Shown: piece by piece, positions 57,793 to 64,000 of the stretch
How the letters are laid out: every line of letters starts with the position of its first letter
Numbering within the stretch: the stretch's first letter is position 1
From: Chloroflexota bacterium
GTDB lineage: Bacteria; Chloroflexota; Dehalococcoidia; SM23-28-2; HRBIN24
Reading direction: 5' to 3'
Assembly (NCBI GenBank): GCA_030550295.1
Contig: JAUQPQ010000001.1
Location: 2,162-66,161, forward strand
DNA: 64,000 nucleotides
The notes under the pieces: model-generated
The model's input: only the letters and a program-made list of their open reading frames with translations
Database searches by the model: none
What the model was told of the DNA's origin: nothing
Translations under genes and position numbers: made by a program

Positions 57793-58287
57793 TTGATCAT
57801 AGCCATCTATCCTGGACGCTTCGATCCGGTGACTAACGGCCATTTGGATATCGCCCGTAGAGCAGCTACCCTCTTCGACCAGGTGATAGTTGGGGTCTAT
57901 GACCTTCCGCCAGACCGTTCCCTGTTTACTACCGAGGAGCGGGTAGAGCTGTTTCGTCAGGCAGTAGCATCCCTCCCTAACGTGGAGGTGAAGCCTTTCT
58001 CAGGCCTCACCGTAGAGTTCGCCCGGAGGGAGGGGGCGCGGGTGCTGGTGAGGGGGATCAGGGCGGTGACAGATTTCGAGGCCGAGTTTGATATGGCCCT
58101 CATGAACAAGCGAATGGCCCCCGAGATAGAGTCTGTCTTCCTCATGGCCAGCCTCGAGCACTTATTCGTATCAGGACACCGGATCAGAGAGGTAGCTAGT
58201 TTAGGGTATGACGTGTCGGGCTTGGTTCCTCCTCACGTGGCAGAGGCCCTTAAGCGCAAACTCAAGGAGAAGCCATGGCGACCTTAG
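57793..58287 (+). CDS. coaD: pantetheine-phosphate adenylyltransferase
   Basis: Motifs are present: AIYPGRFDPVTNGHLDI (HxGH) and LVRGIRAVTDFEAEF. Confidence 0.9.
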   Translation: MIIAIYPGRFDPVTNGHLDIARRAATLFDQVIVGVYDLPPDRSLFTTEERVELFRQAVASLPNVEVKPFSGLTVEFARREGARVLVRGIRAVTDFEAEFDMALMNKRMAPEIESVFLMASLEHLFVSGHRIREVASLGYDVSGLVPPHVAEALKRKLKEKPWRP

Positions 58288-58946
58288 AAGTGCTACAGCT
58301 CCTGGACCTCCTGGAAGAAGCTATAGGCGAGGGAAGGCGCCTGCCCATGGGGGATGGCGTAGTAGTGGCCAGGCGTCGCCTCCTGGACTTGGTGGACCGC
58401 TTACGCGCCTCTATGCCCAAGGAGATCTATGAGGCCCGTGACCTTTTGCAGGAAGGGGAAAGGCTTTTGCAACAGGTCCATGATGAGGCGTCCCGCCTTA
58501 TTACCCAGGCCCGGGAGGAGGCCCAGGCCCTTCTGGACTCGGCCCAGGAGAGGGCGCAGCAGATCATACGGCACGCCCAAGAGGAGGCGAGACGTCTTTT
58601 AGAGGAGGCCGAAGCAGAGGTGGAGCGACGTCTTGCCGCCTCTGAGATAATGCGCACGGCCCGCGAACGCGCCCATGCCCTTGTCCAAGAGGCCGATGCC
58701 CAAAGCCATCGCACCATCCAGCAGGCGAAGGAGAAGGCAGAAGCCCTCCTACGAGAGGCCCAAGCCCAGGCCCGCCAGCGCTTGGACGAGGCCGCACAAG
58801 AGGCCCGCCGCCAGATGGAGGAGGCCGATGCCTATGCCCTCGCCCTCCTCGTCCGGCTGCAAAGGGACCTGGAGGGCGCTCTGGCCCAAATCAGAAGGGG
58901 TGTCCAGGCCCTGGAGAAACGGGGACAACGCCCCCAGGAACTCTAG
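58275..58946 (+). CDS. coiled-coil protein (ATP synthase b-subunit-like E/A/R/Q-rich repeats), function unknown
   Basis: The 223-aa protein is almost entirely heptad-repeat EEARRLLEEAEAEVERR type sequence. Confidence 0.45.
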   Translation: MATLEVLQLLDLLEEAIGEGRRLPMGDGVVVARRRLLDLVDRLRASMPKEIYEARDLLQEGERLLQQVHDEASRLITQAREEAQALLDSAQERAQQIIRHAQEEARRLLEEAEAEVERRLAASEIMRTARERAHALVQEADAQSHRTIQQAKEKAEALLREAQAQARQRLDEAAQEARRQMEEADAYALALLVRLQRDLEGALAQIRRGVQALEKRGQRPQEL

Positions 58947-59119
58947 CCTACCTCCCTTCCCCCTCCCCCTTGGACTCCCTGGCCCAGGAAAGGCAAGCCC
59001 TTTCCCAGCCTCCCCCCACCATCAGGGCTAAAAAGGGACACAGAGGAAAAAAGGGCGCGAGAAAGGGCGACAAAATGGCATTATCAAGTGATTAAAAGAC
59101 GCAGAGGGGGCCAAAAGCC

Positions 59120-59148
59120 TTGTCAAGGCCCCCAAAAAGGGCTATAAT
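59120..59148 (+). promoter_or_regulatory. consensus sigma70 promoter TTGTCA-N17-TATAAT upstream of first GH130-like gene
   Basis: TTGTCA is at 59120-59125, followed by a 17-nt spacer and TATAAT at 59143-59148. An AAAGGAGGG RBS and ATG 59186 lie downstream. Confidence 0.6.
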
Positions 59149-59185
59149 TTGTAAAGGCGGAGGTGTGGGCGAAAGGAGGGTAGGA

Positions 59186-60304
59186 ATGGCAAGGCGCACC
59201 TTAACAGCTTGGCGCGGCACCAGTTCTCCCCCGGAGATCGTTAGGGCCCCTGAAAACCCCATCATCGCACCTAGGCCCGACAACCCGTGGGAATGGCACG
59301 CCACTTTCAACCCTGCTGCCCTTCACTTTGAGGGCTGTGTACACCTGCTTTACAGGGCCATAGGGGCTGGCAACGTCTCCGTGATCGGATATGCTAGCTC
59401 TGAAGACGGGATTCATATCGATGAGCGGGCAGATGATCCGGTCTACGTGCCCACTCAGCCCTTTGAGATAACTCCTCCTCAGGCTAGGGAATCTAGGCAA
59501 GAAAGGCTCTATCGGCGGGCCTACATCTCTGGCGGCGGTTGGGGAGGGGCGGAGGACCCACGTCTCACCCAGATAGAAGACCGTATCTACATGACCTATG
59601 TCGCCTATAACGGCTTTGATCCTCCCAGGGTAGCCTTCACGTCCATAAGCACCGAAGACTTCTTGGCCAGGCGATGGAACTGGACTCCCTCGCGGGTCAT
59701 CTCACCACCTGGGGTGGTAGACAAGAACGCCTGTCTGCTTCCTGAGAAGATAGGGGGCAAGTTCGTCATCTTCCATCGAATCTTCCCGGACATCCTCATC
59801 GACTTTTTGGACACGCTGGACTTTAAAGAGGGCGAATACCTGGCGGGCAAGTACTCCATCCATCCGCGCCCTGGGTACTGGGACAGTCGCAAGGTAGGGG
59901 CTGGCCCACCCCCCCTGAAGACGAGGCGAGGATGGCTTCTCATCTACCACGGGGTAGACGACAAGGACGACACCTACTACCAAGTGGGAGTAATGCTTCT
60001 GGGCCTGGATGACCCCACCAAGGTCATAAGCCGGCCTCGGTACCCCATCATGAAGCCCCAGTTCAGGTATGAGAACGAGGGCCATAAGGCCGGCGTGGTC
60101 TACCCATGTGGGGCTGTCATCCTTGGAGAGCGGCTATTGATCTACTACGGGGGAGCAGATAAATTTGTGTGCGTGGCCCATGTGGGCTTAGAGGATATAT
60201 TGGACTATCTTGAAGAATACCGGATCTCTAAGGTTATAGGGCCACGGCAGCGTAGTGAAGGCGGAACGTCTGCCAGGGAACCCGATCTTAAAGCCGATCC
60301 CTGA
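59186..60304 (+). CDS. GH130-family (beta-mannoside phosphorylase/glycosidase-like 5-bladed beta-propeller) protein
   Basis: GH130-type motifs are present: ENPIIAPRPDNPWEWHATFNPAA, EDPRLTQIEDRIYMTYVAYNG, LLIYHGVDD, GERLLIYYGGADKFVCVA. The start was chosen at the ATG after an RBS, not at the longer ORF-track start. Confidence 0.7.
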   Translation: MARRTLTAWRGTSSPPEIVRAPENPIIAPRPDNPWEWHATFNPAALHFEGCVHLLYRAIGAGNVSVIGYASSEDGIHIDERADDPVYVPTQPFEITPPQARESRQERLYRRAYISGGGWGGAEDPRLTQIEDRIYMTYVAYNGFDPPRVAFTSISTEDFLARRWNWTPSRVISPPGVVDKNACLLPEKIGGKFVIFHRIFPDILIDFLDTLDFKEGEYLAGKYSIHPRPGYWDSRKVGAGPPPLKTRRGWLLIYHGVDDKDDTYYQVGVMLLGLDDPTKVISRPRYPIMKPQFRYENEGHKAGVVYPCGAVILGERLLIYYGGADKFVCVAHVGLEDILDYLEEYRISKVIGPRQRSEGGTSAREPDLKADP

Positions 60305-62201
60305 CCACGGGTGGGAGTCCCTAGCCACCTTTAACGGCTGCGTCGTAAAGGTGGGGGGACTCTACCGTATGCTATATCGTGCCATGTCATATCCCCGCAC
60401 ACATCTGGGGGCCTATCTGCCCGTTTCCTTCATAGGATATGCCGAAAGCGAGGACGGGCTGCATTTCTCGGGGCGGCGCCTCTTCTTTGGCCCCGAGCAG
60501 GAATGGGAGGCCTTCGGCTGTGAGGACCCCAGGGTAACCTTTTTGGATGGGAAGTACTACGTCTTCTACACGGCCCTCTCCGCCTTCCCCTTCCGTCCCC
60601 AGGGCATACGCGTGGGCCTGGCTATCTCCCGCGACCTGCTGACGGTCGACGAGAAGCACTTGGTCACCCCCTTTAACGCTAAGGCTATGGCCCTATTCCC
60701 CCAGCGCATTGGTGGCAAGCTGGTGGCAGTCCTTACTGTTAACACCGATCTGCCTCCGGCCAAGATATGCCTGGCCTTCTTCGACAGGGAGGAGGAGCTG
60801 TGGGACCTGGACCGTTGGCAGGCATGGTATGAGTCTTTAGACACTCACGTCTTGCCCCTCATGAGGTCGTCTGTAGACCAGGTGGAGGTTGGCGCCCCAC
60901 CCGTGCTGGTGGAGGGAGGGTGGCTTCTAATATATAGCTACATCAAGGGATATCTCAGGGGCGACCGCACCTTCGGCATAGAGGCAGTGCTGCTAGACCA
61001 GGAAGACCCCTTCCGGGTGCGTGGTCGCACGACCGAGCCCATCCTAGTGCCTGAGGCCTATTACGAGAGGATAGGTCATGTGATGGACGTAGTTTTCCCC
61101 TCGGGTGCGGTAGTAAATGGGGACGAGCTGCTAATTTACTACGGCGCTGCCGATACTACGGTGGCAGTAGCCAAGGTCTCATTGCCTAAGCTGTTGGCCG
61201 AGATGCGGCCGCCCTCCTTCCTAGTGCCCTCACCTACCCGTGGAGACTGGCCCTCACTTGTACGTTACGAGGGCAACCCTATCTTATCGCCGCGGCCTGA
61301 GCTGGGGTGGGAGGCTAAGTCGGTCTTCAACCCTGGAGTGGTGGTAGCTGGGGGACGGGTCCACATGCTCTACAGGGCCCTATCCCACGACAACACATCG
61401 GTAATAGGGTATGCCTCCAGCAGTGACGGCATCTATTTCGATGACCAGCCCACGGTGCCCGCCTACCGGCCACGTGCGAGCTTCGAACAAAAGGCGTCCC
61501 CTGATGTCCCCTCAGGCTGTGAGGATCCTCGCCTTACACTCCTCGATGGGCGGGTTTACATGCTTTACACCGCTTTCGATGGCTACCAAGCCCGCGTAGC
61601 CGCCACTTCTATCCCCCTGGACGACTTTTTGGCGAAGCGGTGGGATCGCTGGGAGTGGCCTATCGTTATCTCTGCCCCTGAGGTTTGGGACAAGAACGCT
61701 GCCCTACTGCCTCGCAGGATCAAGGGGAAGCTGGTGGTATTCCACAGGCTAAGCCTAGGGATTTGGGTGGACTGGCTAGACAGCTTAGAGGAAGCGCAAG
61801 AGCATTGGCTTGGGGGGAAGGTGATCTTAACTCCCCGAAAGGGTATGTGGGACAACCGTAAGGTGGGCATCGCTGCTCCACCGATAGAGACGGAATATGG
61901 GTGGCTAATACTTTATCACGGTATCGAGGAACCAGGGACCATCTACCGGGTAGGGGCGGCCCTCTTGGACTTGGACGACCCCACGCGCGTGCTGGCCCGT
62001 AGCCGAAGGCCCTTGCTGGAGCCAGAGATGGAATGGGAGCGGCATGGGCTTGTTCCCAACGTTGTATTTCCCTGCGGAATTGCGGTCTTGGGCGATGACC
62101 TATACGTCTATTACGGTGGCGCTGACCATGTAATAGGGGTGGCTGGCGTAAAGCTTAAAGCCCTAGTCGAGGCCCTTCTACGCGAGGGACGAGAAGGATG
62201 A
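60255..62201 (+). CDS. tandem double GH130-like domain protein
   Basis: The 648-aa protein has two complete repeats of the same fold (GNPILKPIPDHGWE...YYGAADTTVAVA and GNPILSPRPELGWEAK...YYGGADHVIGVA). The start is a GTG that overlaps the previous gene's 3' end by about 50 nt in another frame. Confidence 0.65.
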   Translation: MKAERLPGNPILKPIPDHGWESLATFNGCVVKVGGLYRMLYRAMSYPRTHLGAYLPVSFIGYAESEDGLHFSGRRLFFGPEQEWEAFGCEDPRVTFLDGKYYVFYTALSAFPFRPQGIRVGLAISRDLLTVDEKHLVTPFNAKAMALFPQRIGGKLVAVLTVNTDLPPAKICLAFFDREEELWDLDRWQAWYESLDTHVLPLMRSSVDQVEVGAPPVLVEGGWLLIYSYIKGYLRGDRTFGIEAVLLDQEDPFRVRGRTTEPILVPEAYYERIGHVMDVVFPSGAVVNGDELLIYYGAADTTVAVAKVSLPKLLAEMRPPSFLVPSPTRGDWPSLVRYEGNPILSPRPELGWEAKSVFNPGVVVAGGRVHMLYRALSHDNTSVIGYASSSDGIYFDDQPTVPAYRPRASFEQKASPDVPSGCEDPRLTLLDGRVYMLYTAFDGYQARVAATSIPLDDFLAKRWDRWEWPIVISAPEVWDKNAALLPRRIKGKLVVFHRLSLGIWVDWLDSLEEAQEHWLGGKVILTPRKGMWDNRKVGIAAPPIETEYGWLILYHGIEEPGTIYRVGAALLDLDDPTRVLARSRRPLLEPEMEWERHGLVPNVVFPCGIAVLGDDLYVYYGGADHVIGVAGVKLKALVEALLREGREG

Positions 62202-62354
62202 GAGGGCTGCTGGGGCGGACCAAATCTGAGCTTGCAGCGCCATCTCTCTGGTGATGCCAAGGCTGTACGGCGCGATACTGTCCCAGGGGCCAAACCGCCA
62301 AATTAGGCCCTTATGCATCTAGTCTACTGGCCTAAGTACGTTCTCGACTGTTTT

Positions 62355-63221
62355 TCAGCTGCTCCGGAAAATAGCCAGCTTCGCCTCGCTGTCCGAGGCC
62401 TCCACCGCCACGATGACAACGACTACTCGGCCTTCTTCCGTTCGCTGGAACACCATGAAGGAGGAGAAGCTGGGCACCTCTTCTTCTACAGTGAATGGGC
62501 TTGACCACTGCTGCTGCGGCATGCGGTCGCGGTAGAACTGTGCTACTTGGCGAGCGCTCTGCCTGACACGATAAGTCTTGATCTCCCACTGGGCAAAGGT
62601 TCCCGTGGGTAAGGGCACCGGCACGGGCGGTGGGCCTGGAATGCGGACAGAACTCTCTAAGGTAGCGCCGGACGGCAGAGGCACCCCCAAGAAGGCATCG
62701 CCAGAGTCGGCAGGAGCGGCCTGTGGCGTCGGTGTCGCTCCTGGAGCTGGAGACGGGGAGGGCGTCCTACCCACTGTGGGCGTTGGCGACCCAACTGCCG
62801 ATACCTGCTCGGACACCTTTGTCACTTGCCACGTGCCCTTATAGTTCGGGTTGACGGCCACCTGCCAATCGCCACTCATCCGGTTGCCGTCTTTGAGGGA
62901 GCCTCTGTAGGTGATGCTGCCGGCGGCGGCTGTGCCCTGGAGCTTGAGGGTGCTTCCACTCAGTTCGCCATTTGCAGCGAATGAGCCGCCGCAGCCTCCA
63001 TCTACGCGGGCATCAAAGCGCGCCCCTTCCTGGCGGAAGATCTCCATCACCAGCCGGTCGGAGGTACAACCGGGTGCACCAGTAGTGCCCTCCCAGCGGC
63101 CCTCCCAGCGGCCAATTAGAGAGGCTGGGCCTTGGGAAGGCGCCCTTTCACCGCCGCATGCCATGGCAGCCAGCGCTATTAGTGCCACTGTTAGCAGTAA
63201 GCAATGGGCCACTGGCCTCAT
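62355..63221 (-). CDS. hypothetical lipoprotein with Pro/Thr/Ser-rich linker
   Basis: A signal peptide with an LAAMAC lipobox is present. The central linker is TPTVGRTPSPSPAPGATPTPQ. No catalytic motif was found. Confidence 0.5.
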   Translation of the reverse strand: MRPVAHCLLLTVALIALAAMACGGERAPSQGPASLIGRWEGRWEGTTGAPGCTSDRLVMEIFRQEGARFDARVDGGCGGSFAANGELSGSTLKLQGTAAAGSITYRGSLKDGNRMSGDWQVAVNPNYKGTWQVTKVSEQVSAVGSPTPTVGRTPSPSPAPGATPTPQAAPADSGDAFLGVPLPSGATLESSVRIPGPPPVPVPLPTGTFAQWEIKTYRVRQSARQVAQFYRDRMPQQQWSSPFTVEEEVPSFSSFMVFQRTEEGRVVVVIVAVEASDSEAKLAIFRSS

Positions 63222-63414
63222 GCTGGCTTCCCTTTGGAGGGCGGCTAGCGTTGTCCTCTCCAACGCCTTGATAAGGGCCTTTCACTTGGTTGTCAAGGGG
63301 GAATATTCGCAATAGCACGAAGCCTACGCCACTATGCCCATCATGCGGCGTCAAGGCGAGGCTCACCGGAGAGACTTGACGTCACCTGCTTTGCCCATCT
63401 GCCAGGTCAGGGTT

Positions 63415-64000
63415 TCAATCCTCGATGTAATCCTGAAAGGCCCGAGGCGCCTCCACGCCATCGCGCTTTTTAACCTTAATTAGCTCGAAGAGGCTGTGCG
63501 CATGGGCATCGCCGTAGGGGCTCTGGTGAGTGAATATATAAATGCCCCGGACGGACATCTCGCCTCGCAGGGCTGAGCGATCTAGCTCGAACATGTTTTC
63601 CAGGGCATCCCAAAAAAGCCTCAGGTCTTCTTTGCGCACACCGGTCTGCTTGGCCAATGTGGGATTGAAGAAGCCGTGAGCGCGTTAGAGGCCGTAAGGA
63701 ATGTTAGGCTTGCGCCCTATCTCCGTCTCCCCCCTCTCTTGTCTCTCCTCAGTCGTCCGCGCTTTGCGGATGATAGTCCAGGCTATGGGGAAAACAGGAT
63801 CGATGCTGCGAGCGAACACTAGCTGCACGGGCCCTCTCACCTGGCCAGCGTTTATTTTGCCGGTGGACAGCACGCCACCAAACAAACGGATATCGTAATA
63901 TTTTCGGCACAACGCTTGGGGCACGTCGTCATGGGGGCGCCGACTCAGTTCCCGTTTTTCGGCATCAGACAGCTGATCGTAGCCCGTGAGCTTTTTGCCA
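63415..64000 (-). pseudogene. cas7: CRISPR-associated Cas7 (Csd2/DevR-type) gene fragment interrupted by in-frame TAA; N-terminus beyond window
   Basis: The frame continuous from the window edge reads ...GKKLTGYDQLSDAEKRELSRRPHDDVPQALCRKYYDIRLFGGVLSTGKINAGQVRGPVQLVFARSIDPV...NIPYGL, then TAA at 63685-63687. The same frame then continues ...AKQTGVRKEDLRLFWDALENMFELDRSALRGEMSVRGIYIFTHQSPYGDAHAHSLFELIKVKK. I call it Cas7 because of its resemblance to type I-C/I-B Cas7, judged from memory. Confidence 0.45.

Noticed and set aside
59120-59185. The ORF-track start at 59120 for the first GH130 gene.
   Set aside because: That start would lie inside the promoter hexamers. The ATG at 59186 follows an AAAGGAGGG RBS and matches the family's N-terminus.
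62202-63414. Search for a CRISPR repeat-spacer array or further cas genes next to the Cas7 fragment.
   Set aside because: No regularly spaced direct repeats were seen. The region encodes a lipoprotein.

Overview
This is a high-GC (about 65%), gene-dense chromosomal window from a bacterium, probably a thermophile. Almost all of it is coding and no rRNA or CRISPR array was found. The phylum is not securely assignable from this window alone; the gene content has an actinobacterial/Chloroflexota-like flavour.

Genes are listed in order, with the gene's strand in parentheses:
- rpmF 3' fragment (-), yceD/DUF177 (-), a COG1579 coiled-coil zinc-ribbon protein (+), a large-serine-recombinase-like protein that has lost its catalytic serine (+), RNase HI (+), a crotonase (+), an aspartase/fumarase-family lyase (-), and a thiolase fused to an OB-fold (-).
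- A heat-shock block: clpC, hspR and dnaJ (all -), divergent from an hsp20 gene (+) that carries a consensus sigma70 promoter. Then an acyl-CoA dehydrogenase (-), a DsbA-like protein (-), and a three-subunit xanthine-dehydrogenase-family molybdoenzyme (FAD, 2Fe-2S and Mo subunits, all +). A cupin protein (+) follows.
- rplI, dnaB, a DnaD-like protein, and a DnaC/DnaI-like helicase loader whose AAA+ ATPase module is tandemly duplicated (all +). Then NUDIX, moaE and moaD (all -), comF (+), a large unrecognised protein (+), glyA (+), and tRNA-Val, tRNA-Leu and tRNA-Arg (all +).
- A DUF192 protein (-), an SDR oxidoreductase followed by zur and znuACB (all +), tldD and pmbA flanking tpx (all -), a flippase (+), an ADP-ribosylglycohydrolase (+), a HAD hydrolase (-), nadE (-), two short hypotheticals (one +, one -), thyX, a methylmalonyl-CoA epimerase, folD, a DUF763 protein and endonuclease V (all +).
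- prfB (+), with the classic CTT TGA C programmed +1 frameshift, which I reconstructed by hand. Then a peptidase-MA-like protein (+) and a two-CXXC disulfide oxidoreductase (-).
- An inositol-phospholipid (PI/PIM-like) cluster, all on the - strand: CDP-alcohol phosphatidyltransferase, a PimA-like GT4, a PHP phosphoesterase, an acyltransferase and ino1.
- tRNA-Gly (-), an atypical OmpR-type regulator (-), a lipoprotein (-), an EF-G paralog (-), and a membrane protein with a Pro/Thr-rich tail (+). Then rsmD, coaD and a coiled-coil protein (all +).
- Three tandem GH130-like beta-propeller modules (+) behind a perfect sigma70 promoter, a second lipoprotein (-), and at the window edge a Cas7 (Csd2-like) gene (-) interrupted by an in-frame TAA with no neighbouring cas genes.

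Most worth follow-up:
- the duplicated helicase loader;
- the domesticated recombinase-like gene wedged into a conserved zinc-ribbon/RNase H pair;
- the complete inositol-lipid cluster with a candidate novel PIP phosphatase;
- the triple GH130 array;
- the decayed Cas7 remnant.
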